In this document: one piece after another, positions 29,725 through 45,828 of the stretch
Position numbering within the stretch: the stretch's first letter is position 1
Layout of the letters: every line of letters starts with the position of its first letter
Translations under genes and position numbers: made by a program
NCBI GenBank assembly: GCA_050613775.1
Contig: JBODTK010000148.1
Coordinates: forward strand, 248,001-312,000
Direction of reading: 5' to 3'
From: Neocallimastix sp. 'constans'
Taxonomy: Eukaryota
DNA length: 64,000 nucleotides
Notes under the pieces: generated by a model
Database searches by the model: none
The model's input: only the letters and a program-made list of their open reading frames with translations
What the model was told of the DNA's origin: nothing

Positions 29725-31447
29725 AGGAAGCGTTGCATTTCGTCAAGAGGCATATTGATATGAATAAATGAATAAATAAATAAATAAAAATTCAAAATAT
29801 GTTTTTTAAAACTTTTTTATAATATTTATTTACTAATCAATATTATTTTAATATTTTATAAAACAGTAATAAAATAATTATTTATAATTAATTATAAAAA
29901 TATATTTAGTTAAGATATATTTTAATATTCAGTCAAAAAAAAAAAAAAAAAAAAAAAAAAAGATTTTAAAATAATTTTTAATTATAACGGTATATTTTTA
30001 TATTTTGCAAAAAAAAAATAATAATAATATTATAATAACAATATTTTAATTATATAAATATTCTTTTAAAAAATAATATTTAATTATAAAAATATATTTA
30101 AATGTTCTTATGTTAACCTAATCCAATAAAGATTAAAAATACTTTAATTATTATTGTATTTATACATTTATTCTCTTTTTAAAATAAGTTTAACTATTAA
30201 TAAATTATAATTATGAACGACAGAATTCATTTGGTCAATTTTCTGTCATTTCTTAATAATTTATTATTAATAAATATTTCTAATATTTAAATCATTTAAG
30301 CATTTCTAATACTTTTCTTTCTTTTTTTTTTTTTTTAATAAAGTTTCCATATTTTTGTAATATTTAACAAAAGCCTTGATTTTCTCAGTCAGTATTGATT
30401 TTTTTTTTTTTTTCTTTTCAAAATTTTAGCAGTTCTACTTTCATAGTCAATGTAATATTTAGATTCTTCTTCTTATAATTATGATATAAATTGAAAAAAT
30501 TTTTTTTTTTTTTTTTTTTTTTGCAAATAGATTTTTTTAAGCATTTATTGAAATATTCTGTAGTATTATTAGTAATATGCCAATAAAATCATAATTATTC
30601 CAATTTTCAATTTCATAGCTAATCAATAAGTTTTTTTTTTAAAAAAACATTCCAAACATTCCAAAAATTAAACATAATTTATGTTCTTGGCACTCACTTT
30701 TTATTTTACTACAAATATCATATATATTCAGGGTTAATAAAATGAAAGTCGAAATATTTTGATAATAAATATATAAATCCTTTATTTTTTATTTTAATGA
30801 TTAATTTTAATAATATAAATTTTTTAATTATATATATTTTAAATAAAGATTAATTATCTATTTTAAATTATTCCTTTTTTTTTTGTGTAACTAATAAATA
30901 TAAAGCTTATGTATAAAAATTTTTATATTAAATTTTAATTCATTTATATTTATAAACATTATTATTTTCATGGTTATTATAAAAATATTATTCTTGATGT
31001 TTCTGTAATTATTGCTACAGTTTATATTATTTATTTATTATTTATTATATATTATTTATTATTAATTTATAATATATAATGCTAGAAAAAAAACTTTTTA
31101 ATGTTTTTCTAAAGTACTTAAATATTATTTTTATTAATTTATATAAGTGCATATATATTTGTAAATAATAATTATTATTTATAATTTTAATCGTCATTAT
31201 TCTTATTTTTATTATTAATGACAATCCTTTTTTATTACTATATTGTTTATATTATTTTATTATTTATTATTTATTTATTTATTTATTTAAGGTAAAGATA
31301 TATGAGAAAATTTATCTTTTAATATTTAAATATTTACTCATAAAAAAATACATCAATATTAATAATATTTAATTTATTTATTTATTTATTTATTTATTTA
31401 ATAATTTTCATTTGACGAAATGCAACATGGCAAAATGCTCCACTCTT
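29725..31447 (-). mobile_element. Internally deleted Mutator-like (MULE) DNA transposon
   Basis: Inverted GTTGCATTTCGTCAA (29732) / TTGACGAAATGCAAC (31412). Flanking direct repeat GTAAATAT (29717-29724, 31448-31455). Minus-strand remnant HITNNTTEYFNKCLKNLF matches the MULE TNNxxExxN motif. Confidence 0.75.
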
Positions 31448-31487
31448 GTAAATATTGTATAGCTCTCATTGATATTATAAATTAAAT

Positions 31488-32605
31488 GTGAGGCATTTCG
31501 AAAATTTCATTTCAGAAAAGTTTCATTTCACAAAATCTTTATTGAAAGTTAATAAATAAATAAGTAAATATATAATAAAGCAAATAAATAATATATATAT
31601 TTAAATAAATAATTAAATAAATTAAACTAGAATAATGAATAAATAAATAAATTTTAAAAAAAAAATATATACATATATATAATATTTAAATCATAGACAT
31701 ATTATTTGAGTATTTTAATATATTTCCATTTCGAAAAAGTCGTGTCTTTTATATAATTCATTAACTATATCATTAAAATTTTAAAACAATATGTATATAA
31801 TAAATTATATATATTAAAATTTAAGCGTTAAGAAATAAAATATTTTTCGCACGTTTTAAGCGTTTTATAATTTTTCAAAATATATATAAAACTAATAATA
31901 ATTATACATATATATATAAATAAGTATTAACAATTTAAAAGAAGTAAAGGATATAGATTAAGATAAAATTATTAAAATTAAAAAAAAAATAATATTTAAT
32001 TAATTGATCATTTTTACACCTTTCAAATTCTTGCGCAGTATTTTATAAAATCTTAATTTTTAATAAAAATATTTTAATATATAATAAATATTAATAAATA
32101 TTTTTAATAAACGAAATATTTATAAATAATCTAGTAAAAAAAAAAAAAGAAAAAAAAAAAAAAGAAAAAAAAAAAAAAAACATTATTTATATATTTGAAA
32201 AACACGATATATAAATAAAATTATTAAATAATTATTAAATAAAAGGAAAAAACTAAATGGTTTTTGATAGAACTTTGTATTGATTAATTATTTTAAATAT
32301 TTTATTTTTCAATTAATAAATAATTAATATTTAATATCATCATTAAATTTCATTATTATTATAATTATTTTTATTTAATTGATTCAATAATCTATGAAAA
32401 ATAATTCTAAAATTATTAGTCATTTTTTTTTTTTACCCTAAAGATAAAAAAAAATAAAAAAAATATATATATATCTATTTAATTATTTATTATTTATAAT
32501 TTTTTATTTAATAATATATTGTAATAAATTTATTATTTATTTTATTATTTAAATTTGCGAAATGCAACTCTCCAAAATAAAATTTTTCGAAATGCACTTC
32601 CCTCA
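31488..32605. mobile_element. Non-autonomous TIR element related to the adjacent MULE
   Basis: Left end GCATTTCGAAAATTTCATTTCAGAAAAGTTTCATTTCACAAA matches the reverse complement of the right end, GCATTTCGAAAAATTTTATTTTGGAGAGTTGCATTTCGCAAA. No coding remnant recognised. Confidence 0.6.
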
Positions 32606-33140
32606 TTATAATTATATCATTACACCGATATTTATTTACTGTCATTTATATTAATTATTAAAAAATATATTATTTTTCATCTATATTTAAAATCCTGTTT
32701 ATCAATTATCATTATATAAGGTTCTTTTATTTTTTTTTTTTAGTTTTTTTTTTTTTTTAATTTTTAACACATATTGCCATGTTGTAATAATTATAGTGTC
32801 CTAAAATTTTTTTTATTTATTTATTAAAATGATATTACATCCATTAATATGTTTCTAATATTTTGAATACTGTAAAATTACCGTTACAAATGGTTCTCAT
32901 ACCATCCAAAATCAACTAATTCATTAATATTTAAAATAATTTTATCTTTATTGATGATTTAATCATTTCTATATAATCATTATTAATACCTTGTAAAAGT
33001 TTGAAAATTTTCAACCATAATTTGCTCAACTTTTCTATATTTAATACTACAAAAAATATATATATTGATACTACTAATTACCAATTTTAAACAATTAAAA
33101 TTCTTAGTTTTTAATCATTTATTTTTTTACTAATAATACA

Positions 33141-33195
<55 letters not shown>

Positions 33196-33450
33196 ATAAT
33201 AATAATAATAATAATTGTAATAACTATTTCTATATTATTATTTCTAAAAGCTGATAAAAGTAGACAATCTCTACGATTATTATTTTTTTTTCTCTCTTTA
33301 AAAACTAATTTATGTTATTTTTATTATCATAATCTATTGAAAATACTTTTTTCCAATATACAAATTTTGTATATATAAATTTTTAAGTAAGAATTTTTTA
33401 AATTTCAAATTTAACTTGTTATTTAATTATAATTTTAATAAATAAATATT

Positions 33451-33505
<55 letters not shown>

Positions 33506-33559
33506 TATTATTATTATATTATTATTATTATTATTATATTATTATTATTATTATTATTA

Positions 33560-33597
<38 letters not shown>

Positions 33598-33669
33598 GCC
33601 TAATATCACTAATATCTCAATTAAGAATTCACTTTTTAATTGAGATAATAGTGATATTAAAATTATGAT

Positions 33670-34490
33670 TTTTTTTTTTTTTAGACTGGGATTAAAGAGA
33701 AAAGAGGACAATAGAGACTCCAAGTCTCTTCTTTAAATGTATTAGAACTCTTATTAGATTCTTTGCTATACTGTTTCTTGTCAGTGATCTCTTAAATCAT
33801 CATCATCGAGAGAGGAACAACTATAACTAATCCTCTCACAGATTAAATGCTCTCTGCCCTAGCAATTTTGTAGTTCAACAGCAGGAATACTTATCATGGT
33901 GAGCAAGCACCAACTTCACTTATATAGAAAATCACCCTGGGGAGGATGAAAATTGCCCCATATAAATTAATGTAATTTTGCTAATTAAATATTATGTTTA
34001 TATAGTTCCTTTTTTTTTGAAATCATTAAAAAAAAAAAAAAAAAAAAAAAAATAAGAATAATTAAAACATATAGACGTATACATAAACACACATATAATG
34101 GGTACACCTCTCCCATTAACTCCCCAACAGTTATTACTTTTGGTACGATGATATTTAGCATACCAGTACAGCTTCTCTGCTTACAATAACATCGTTACAC
34201 GTCGGTCCCGGATGTGAATTTCCTATACATTCTTACATATATTTCCAATAACCACAAGCATCAGAACTAAAACTATTTACTCCCCCCCCTCCAGTAGGTA
34301 TAAGCATTGGTGTGTTGGAATTTGTCCTGCCTAATACTCATAGAGTTAATAGGAGACATCATTAAAGCCTATAAAGGTGTTGTAGCATAGTATCAGGGTT
34401 GGGTAAATAAGCAGCTAAGGAAAAGCCTTTTGAATACCACAGTGGTTACATGATATCCCAGGATAAAAAAACCTCAGTGCATATTTGGAA
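33670..34490 (-). other. Relatively GC-rich non-coding island ending in a minus-strand A-run; unidentified
   Basis: Sharp compositional contrast with its flanks, no ORF in the track, several hairpins, T-run at the left border. Confidence 0.4.
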
Positions 34491-35514
34491 ATAATTGGAA
34501 TAAATTAAAAATTAATTATTTTTATCAAATTCCCTTTTTTTAATTATATTTACAATTATAAATTATTAATTATTATTAAAGTGAGAATCAAATTTTTATA
34601 ATCAATAAATTATTTTATAGATGTCATATCATATTAATATATAAAATAAAGTCAATATCAGCGCTTTCAATATTTTCGATACTAATAGTAATGGTAATAA
34701 AAAAAAAAATTTTTAAGTATCAAATAAAATGTTTACTACCATAAATATATGGTATTGATAATTGAATCTACAGAAGATTTTTATCTACATTAGTATAACT
34801 TGAATCACCAACTATAGGTGAATTATCCATTGTAATTAAAAATCTAATATAATATCACTTACATAATTTTTTAAATATTTCAAATATTTTTTTCGATGAT
34901 CTTCTAGGGTTTAAGAAAATTGAAACTACTCATTTTTTTTTTTAACTAAAAACATCGTTACCTTGTTTGATAATAATTCCCAATTAAAATCAATGATTTA
35001 ATTTAACCCATCAAACAAGATATTTGCCTTATTGACCAGCATTTAGATTATTCTCAATTAAAAACTTAATAAAAAAACTAAAAATAACAATAATAATATA
35101 ATAATGATAATTATGGAAGAAAAAGGAATGAAGAAGATAATGTTAAAGTAATCAAAATTAACTATACACTCCAATGATTTTAAAAATTGAATTTAGAACT
35201 AAAAACACAAAGTACTCGTTTGAACAGAATAGTGTGAACGTTGAAAGGAAACATGGAAGAAGATCCAACACAACTAATAAAATCATTTATAAAAGTATTT
35301 CTAACAATTTATGGTTACTATTGAAAATCCTCAGTATTTTAGTCATTTTATATGTATATATATATATATGATTTTTATAATATTTTTAAAGATAAGAGGT
35401 AAAGAATACAATAATAAAAATAATAAATAATAAATAAAAATAAATTATTAATAATATTCAAAAAATAAAATATTTTCTTAAAAACTTTTTTAATAATTAA
35501 ATATATATATATAT

Positions 35515-35555
35515 ATTGAAATACGTAAAACTAATCGAGGAAAGGAACAACTTAA

Positions 35556-35597
<42 letters not shown>

Positions 35598-36095
35598 TAA
35601 TTTTATAAAGTATATAGAATAAATATAAAACTTTAAATAAACGTAAATCTTTCATTATTCTTTCATTATTATAACCGATCAAGAGACTTTAAAATATGAA
35701 AGTTTCCATGATCATCTTGAAAAAAAATTTGACGCATCTTTATCGATTGCAAACCATAAAATTAATGATTAAATAGCAAAAGTTCAATTCCTTTGGTTAT
35801 AAAACCTAAATTTATATTCAATGAAGTTTCACAAGAAATAGGATATATGTCCTGATTATAATGTAATTAAATTCCAAATAACAAGAAATATAAATAAACA
35901 ATTACCCCTCTTGATGTAACAAAGTTTGATGAAATTCTTAACAAACCTAAATATTATAAAACAGTAAGAAATGAGAATTTTAGGCTATTCAAAAATTCAT
36001 ACTAAATAATCTTACAATCCTCATTTCAAACAAAATTATATGAAAATATATTCACAGATGGTACTTTTTATATTGCGCCAAAATTTAGTTATTAT
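35515..36095 (+). mobile_element. Degenerate Mutator-like transposase, N-terminal part
   Basis: Pieces TNRGKEQ, KYESFHDHLEK, DVTKFDEI, YYKTVRNENF and NIFTDGTFYIAPKFSY. DGTF carries the first catalytic Asp of the MULE DDE domain. Confidence 0.8.
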
Positions 36096-38775
36096 TTATT
36101 CATTTTTAAAAAAAAATGATTAAATTTATAATTAAAACAAAAAAGAAATTAATAAATAAATAAAATAAATAATATTGAATAGAAAAAAAATATTAAAATT
36201 TCCTTTTTTATATATAATTAAATTTTGATATAAATATTTATTTTAATTTAATTAATATTATAAATTGAATTATCTTTATGATTTTTTTATTTCAATAAAC
36301 AAAATTTATTTATTTATTTATTTATCTATTTATTTATTTGTTTATTTATAATTTATTTATTTATTATTATTATTATTTATTTATTTATGTAAATATCTCT
36401 TTTAAAAATATAAATATGACTTTACAAATATTTCTTTAATTATTAATATTTTTACAATTATTATTCAATAATACAAACTTCATCTATTTAATACCTTATC
36501 AGTTTAATATTTTAATACATTTTTATACATTGAATATTCTATATAATTTAATAATAAAAATCTAAAGAAATAAAATAAAAATATATAAAAAAAATAATTA
36601 TAATAATAATAATAATAACAATAAAATTAATCTAAAATTAGTCAACACCACGTGTAAAAATTAAATTTAAAACATTTAATAAATAAAAAATCAGTTTGGT
36701 TTGTTACAGCTTCACTTACTTCCACTTTAAAAAAATAATAATAATTAAGAAATAAATAATTTTTTAAAATCAATAATTTTTATTTTTCCAAAGCATTTCA
36801 AATAAAAATGTAAATTATATTTAAATTAATGGGATTTAAATAAAAGAGTCATAAAACTATAAAACAAAAATTTAATAAACAATTTTACCTTTACAAAAAT
36901 ATATAAATATAAAAATTTTAAAGATTATTATAAATATAAAAAAAAAAGTTTATATAAATTTTTTATTTCTATATTTTTTATTTCTATATTTTATATTTCT
37001 ATATTTTATATTTCTTTATTTTAAATTTTTATAAATATAAATATTATATAAATATATAAAGTAAAAATTATTCCATATTTTATTTATATAGAATGTTTAT
37101 TTATATTACCAATTTCTTCTAAATCTCTTAAAAAATATAAGATATAAAATTAAAATTTATATAAGTAAAATAAAATAAAATAAAAATACATATAATATGA
37201 ATAAATTATTAAAATATTACACACTATTATATTTAATATATATAACAAAATAAAAAAAAAATATTAAAATCATTGATATTTTATTAATTAGTCAAAATTT
37301 GAGTAAAAATACAGAAAATATTTGATTATAAAATATTAAAATATTATTTATATTTTTATTATATTATTTTTATAACATATTATATATATATTATATTTAA
37401 TTATTTATACTTTAAAATATATTATGTATTACACAATATAATAGAATATGTTTGAACTAAATAAAACCCAATTTCTATATTTAAAGGAAATATATAAAAT
37501 ATAATATCTAAATTATTTAAAATCTATAAACTATCATTATTCAATATATAATATTTATATATGATATATATGATATTTATTATTTATTATTTATTATTTA
37601 TTATTTATTATTTATTATTTATTATTTATTATTTATTATTTATTATTTATTATTTATTATTTATTATTGTATTATTTATATTTATTTATAATTTATTATT
37701 TATATTTATTATTTATTTATTATTTAATTATTTAATTTTTTATTTTTCAAAATAAAAGCAATATAATTTATTATTAGTATAAGTTAAAATTAATAAATAA
37801 TTAAATAATTAAATAATTAAATAATTAAATAATAAATAATAAATAATATTAAATGAAGATATTTAAAAATATTATAAATTCGTTCATGCATCAATACAAT
37901 TTTTTTTTATTATTTTCATTTGATTTGTTTTTATTAATATATTACTTTTTTATTATTATATTACTTTTTTATTATTATATGTAATTTATATTGAATTCAT
38001 TTGCTTTTTTTTTTGATTTTATTCAATATTAAATGAAATTAATTACATAGTCTATGTATTTTTAAAATTCTGACATTTTGATATAAATTTTAATTTGGTT
38101 TTATTCTTGCTTTGATCCAAATTTAGATAGATTCAGGTTTATGATGTAAAATTCCATGACTATTTTTAAGTTTTATTCATATTATTTGTTAATAATGATT
38201 ATACTTAATACCTAATAATTAGCACATAATATTTTAATGTTTAACGTTCATTATTAGCTGTTTAGATAATTAAATCTTTTTTGGTTTTAATCCATGAACC
38301 GTTTTAGTTGTTATGGATAGAATTTAATTTATTAAACATTTAATTACTATTTTTTTAAATTTTTGATTTTTAAATTTTATTATTATTTTTATTTTTATTT
38401 TTATTTTTTTTTATATTATTATCACTACTTTATATGGAATAGCCATTGAATACTACTATATAAATGAATTAATTCATGTAATATATTATTGATATTCTTA
38501 ATATATAAAATTTAGATACTAAATATAATATCATATATTATTTGCATTTTCAATATAATTTAGTATAATAATATGTATAAATTCAATATATGAAAATTAA
38601 TACAGAAAAGGTCTATCAAAAAAAAAAATTTTTTTTTATTTGATCTTCTTTTTATTATTTAAAATTGATTTGACAACTACAAAACCTATTATCAAACATT
38701 ATTAAATAATAAATTAACTATAAATAATTATAATATTTAAAAATTTAGTCTTATAAAAGTAACTATTTATTAATT

Positions 38776-38811
<36 letters not shown>

Positions 38812-40666
38812 TCTATCTATATATCTACTTATATATATATTTATTTATTTATATTTATTTAAACTTATTTATATAAAAGTATTTTAATAATTAATATCAC
38901 ACAGCATATTCATAATAATGTTAGAAAATCATAAATTTATTTGAATCTAGCGCATTTCACAATCGTGCATTTTGTAATGTAACATATTTTTTATGTAGCT
39001 TTTACTTTGCTTAATAATTAAATAAATAATAAATAAATAATAAATATTCTTTTTTTTATATAATTTATTAATATTCAATTATAAAAATAATTTTTTATAA
39101 TTCTTTTTTAATAGATCATATTATTATTTCTTTTGAAATAGTTATTTAATAATATTTAATTGAAAAATATATTATTATTTATATATTTATTTGATTGTAT
39201 AGAATATCTTATAAATGTATGGCTTTACTATAAATTTTATACGCCACATTGAGAAATATACGTTCCCATTTATTTATTGTAACCCTAACCTTAATTTATT
39301 TCGATATTTATTATCTTTAAAGATGATTAAGGATTTTATATTTAATTTAAAAGGTTAGTTAATAATGTCTTAATGAAGACGGATTTTAAACTAAAAATTA
39401 GAATAGAAATACTATTTCTATTATAAGGAATACTTTATAGAAATAGTTGAATAATTTTTTTTTTTTTTTGTGAAGGAAAAATGAAATAAAAATTATAATA
39501 CATATTTTAAATAAAATAAAGAATAAAATAATATTCAACTGTAGTATATCAATTAAGGCAACATTTTAAAAAATTAATTACTCTTAACTATTATTTTAAT
39601 ATGTTAAAGTAAAGTTTAGGTTTATAAAGAGTATGAGATGAATGACCTTGAAAATATTTATAAAGTGGCAAAGTTGCATAGATAGATTTTACTTAAAGTC
39701 TTTTTAAGATTTAAAAAAAAAAAAAAAAAAAGTATATACAGAGATGGAGATTAATTCAATAATAAACAATTTTTATTTGCATTTATTTTTTAATTAATAT
39801 AATATTTATTTCATGAATTTTTTTTTCTATTTTTTTTTTTTTTTTAATTTTTTTTATATTTTCATTATTACTATTATGTATTTACAAATAATAAATAAAA
39901 GGGATATTTTATATGCTATATATAAATAATATGGATTATTTTTAAAAGTAATCCACCATTTTTATTATTAGTTAAACTATTTTTATATTTAATTGAAAAA
40001 ATAGAATGATATTAAAATATATTAAATACTATTGAATATCTTAGTAGCTAAAATTATTATTATTCTATATAATCTTCAATTTGATTTTTTATATTATTAT
40101 TGCTATTATTGATTTATTGATTGAATTTAAAGTTCATTTTTACTTTATTAACTTTAAATTAAAAAAAAAAAGAAAAAAGAAAAAATAAATTATTATATTA
40201 TTAATAAAATATAAAAAAAGAAATAAAAAAAAGAAAAAAAAAAGGAAAAGATAGATAAAAAAAAATTATATTACTAATAAAATAAAGATTTAAATCATTA
40301 CAACATCTTTTAATCCTTTTTATTAATATTTTTTATTTAAAAGAAATAATAATAAATTTAGAAATAATTATACCTAGTAATAATTATACTTTTATCTTTT
40401 ATGTTCAAAACTACAAATTACACAACAAAAATAAAATTTATTTTTATTTATATAGTTTTAATATTTTAAAATTTTTTATTCTATTTTTAATTTCTATACT
40501 ACTGTGTATATATTATATATAATATATTATATATCATTAAAAAATAGGTTGATTTTTAATGTTGATACAATTTTTTTTAACAAAAATAGAAAAGGTTGAA
40601 TAATGAAAATAAAAATAAAAGTAATATAGAATAAAAGTATTATTATATTTGTAGTATAAATTAATT

Positions 40667-40703
<37 letters not shown>

Positions 40704-41488
40704 TATTATAAAATAATAATTAAATTTATAATATATAAATTTATAAAAGGAAAGAAAAAATAAATATTAGTTATTAATATAAAAAAAGACGTTGAATTAA
40801 AATTAAGGAATAATAACAATATAATAACAATAATAATAATAATAGTTTTATTTTTATTTTTATTTTTACTTTAAAAAAATAATATTTTTACGTCCTTTTC
40901 TTGATATTTATTGTCAAAACATAATAAAATAAAGTTAAAATAGTTTTCAATTATCTGTTGTTGATAATTAATATATTTAAAGTAAAATAAATAATTAAAT
41001 GAATAAAAAAAATTTTTTTCTTTATATTTAATTAACCATTTATTTATTTACTTTATGCATATGAAAGTACTTTTGATAAATTTTTATTATAAGTTTTTTA
41101 TTATTAAGACCATTTAAAGCATTATTTTTATTTCTTCAATCTTAAATCAATTGCAATTCATTTTATAATACAAATTTTTAGGGTGTAAATTCATTTCAAT
41201 TTTGAGTGTTATGTACTTATCCATAAAAGATAATAGTCTTATATTGCCATATATACAAATGTACGGGTATAAGTTTTCTTCATTAATTCATAATAAAATC
41301 AGTAGTAATTATATATATATATATATATATAATTATATCATTATTATTATATAATTCAGTAATTTATTTAAAATAGTTTAATCATTTATATAAAATAATT
41401 AACATCTAATTTTATTATTTTTCATTTGTTTTTTTAGCTTTTAATATCTTTCGCAACATTAATCATTTGTATTAATTTTAATACACTT

Positions 41489-41670
<182 letters not shown>

Positions 41671-42630
41671 ATTTAATTAGCAAGACATGTTGTAGCTAAA
41701 TCTTTTGGTTTCGAGAAGTAAAAATATGTTTAATGTATTAATTTATTTAACATAATTTATTTATTTATTTAACTACTTTGATTTTAATATTAATTAAAAT
41801 AATCAATATAATAAATATAATATATATTAAATAAATTTAATATATCTAAATAATTGAACTTCAAATCTATGTATGAATATTCCATTTATTTCTACGAATT
41901 ATAAGCCTCCTTTCATCAAAACAAATCAAATAATATTTGGCGTATAATCAATTTAATGTTCATTGGTCAAATCAGTAGTTGAATGAATTATAATTCTATT
42001 GAAAATATTTTAATATATGAAATTAGCTTTATTGATAATATATTATAATTTAAAAAAAAAACAGAAATTAATTAAATATATAATATGTTTCGATTCTAAA
42101 ATGAATAAATGAATTTTTTTTTAATATATTATGAAAATATATTAAATTTCTTATATTATATAAATATATATTCTATAATATATTAATATATGTTAAAATA
42201 TACTATTTTATTATTTTTTCTTGCTAATTTTTATAATTATATGTACTAATATAATAATAAAATATTTTAATATAATTTATTATATTAATTTTATTAATTT
42301 TATATTTAAATATGTAATAAATATTTTTTTATATTTTTATTGTATTAAATTTTTTTTATAAATTATTATGTGATAAAGTAGATGAGTTTATTCATTTTAT
42401 ATTATTAATTATTAAATTATTTCTTATTTATTATTATTATTATTTTTTTTTTTAGTTTTTGTTTTAAATATATTTAGAAATATATTATTAATTAGAGTTA
42501 ATAGATTAAAAAAAAAAAAAATAATTAGTTTCGTATTTCAATAAATTATAATATAATAATTTAATATATTATAATATATGTTTTGGATAATATCAAATAA
42601 TGAGTTACTCAAAAACAAAAAATTTTTTCA

Positions 42631-42638
42631 TATAAATA
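42631..42638 (+). promoter_or_regulatory. Candidate TATA box of GAPDH
   Basis: TATAAATA about 100 bp upstream of the ATG. Weak evidence in such AT-rich DNA. Confidence 0.35.
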
Positions 42639-42710
42639 TAGAAATTTTCGCCAAATATGAATTTTTTCTTCACACTCTATTAAATATTTTATTACTTTTT
42701 AAAATATTAA

Positions 42711-43739
<1,029 letters not shown>

Positions 43740-44364
43740 ATTATTTCGCCCCTGAATTAATTTAAATGAATTCTATTTCTCCTAGAAATTAAAAAAATGC
43801 AAATAAAAGACAACAATTGAAGATGAGAAGATATTAAGTGGAAAAAACCATTTATAAAATATCAACTTTAATAACAAATTAATTGAAAAAAATTTCCCCA
43901 CTTTTTTTAATTTTAAAATAAATAATGAAAAATAAAATATTATGCTGTAGGAAATAAATCACTACCCATAATATAAAGAAAAATATAAAAAAGCAAATAA
44001 TAAAAATAAATAAAAAATAAAGCAAATTAAAAATTAAAAATAAGTTGTTTGTATTTGTTATGAATTGGTTTTTTATGGTGTTAAATGTTTAGTAAATTGG
44101 GAATAATGGTTGTATTTTGTGATAAATTTAAGAGTTCATGTTTATAATATTGTAAAATATGCAAGAGTTCTTTTTTTGTACATAATTTTATTTTTTAATT
44201 TTTTTTGTTTACCTTTTGTTTTTATATTGTTTTAATTTTATTTTTAATTTTCTTTTTAAAAAATAAATCTTTATCTATTTTAGATTATCTATTTTTGAAG
44301 TTTGCAATTATAATTGAACAAAAATTCTTGGATGTTTCTATAGATCTAGAAACTTCTAATCTCC

Positions 44365-45627
44365 TCAAAATTATTGTGATCCAACCTTTTATTTAGGAAT
44401 GAATGCTATTCTTAAAGTTTCTAGTTATATTTATCTTGGTATTCCTTTTTCTGATGATTTCTTACTAGAACAGAGTATCTTAAGCTAAATTATAAATATC
44501 CTGAATTTAGCATTGGCTTCCGATGGATACTTCGTGCTAGATGTGGAAATAAATTCTATGCTCGTGTTGCCAAAGCCACCAAAATGATTGAAGAAGACTA
44601 TCCTGAAAGGTGTCCTTGTTGTTATAGAAAAAATAGTAATCCTCGATTGGAACATTGGTTTTCTAAATGCTATCTTTTCCGTGAATTTCGAATGAAATAT
44701 TTTAGGGATATTGAAATTCTTTATGAAATATTTTATATTATTTCTAAATATTGTCCAATATCTAATAGTAATGTAGACACTGTTATCACAGATATGAATA
44801 ATATAGAACAAAGTTCTGATTCTGATAGTAGTAATGAAGTGTATAATACTAATAATATTAACAATAGAAATAATATTGTTAATAATAGTAGAAATAGTGA
44901 TAGTGGAAATAGAAAAACTAATATTAATAATAGTGAAAATTATAATATCGTTACTTCTAATTTAGTGAATAGTTCAATTGGTGAAAATCGTGGTAATTTA
45001 AGTAATTTTCTGAATAATGAGTGTGTAACTATATATGTGACGTGGTACCGATTATTTAACTTTCTTCTTGGTGGAAGGGATGCAAATATAATAAATTTAA
45101 ATTATAAAAAGGAATGGAATATTTTGTTTAAGAACCAAATCATTTCTGGTGATTATTCAAAAACGCCATTCTTGATGCGATCTGCGGCTCTCTTTACAGA
45201 TATTATGCCTCGGGCTAATACTTGGCAAGGGTTACTATTCCGAAAGTATAAGCGCAAACTAACCAAGGAGCGTCAACGCTGAAAATGCAGTAAGACAGGC
45301 TAGTAGGGTCAATGCCTCTGAAGGAGAAGACCATAATTTCTTTCAGATTCAATTCAAACCCTAATCCATAAGGAGATTAGGTTCGTTGCCTATGAACTTT
45401 TTTCTGAATTTATTTATACACTTATTTTTAATTATTACTTTTTATTTCACGTTACTATTTCAATTATTATTATGTTCAATTGGACAAATTATTTTTTTTT
45501 ATTTATTTATTAATTCTGTGTTTTTTTATTTTTTATTAAGATTTAAAGTATTCATGTATTTTATATAAGAATAAATATATAAAGATTAAAGTTCGCAATA
45601 ATTGCGGCTATAAAAAAAAAAAAAAAA
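44365..45627 (+). mobile_element. Truncated and internally deleted non-LTR retrotransposon (LINE) with 3' UTR and poly(A)
   Basis: RT-end motif KVSSYIYLGIPF (~44415-44450) is joined almost directly to GFRWILRARCG and the CCHC finger CPCC..EHWFSKC of ORF 44584-45282. A-run at 45612-45627. The 3' UTR recurs at 8047-8397. Confidence 0.85.
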
Positions 45628-45644
45628 GTATAATAATAATAATA

Positions 45645-45828
45645 ATACTAATACTAATACTAATACTAATACTAATACTAATTCTTATACTAATACTAAT
45701 ACTAATACTAATACTAATTCTAATACTAATACTAATACTAATACTAATACTAATACTAATACTAATACTAATACTAATACTAATACTAATACTAATACTA
45801 ATACTAATACTAATACTAATACTAATAC

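Noticed and set aside
32860..33050. Coding-like patches here and near 34750-35300, 38070-38340, 41150-41290 and 41870-41990
   Set aside because: Probably decayed genes or TEs, but no diagnostic motif was recognised.
39279..39292. TAACCCTAACC as a telomere repeat or telomerase template
   Set aside because: Fewer than two repeat units and no supporting context.
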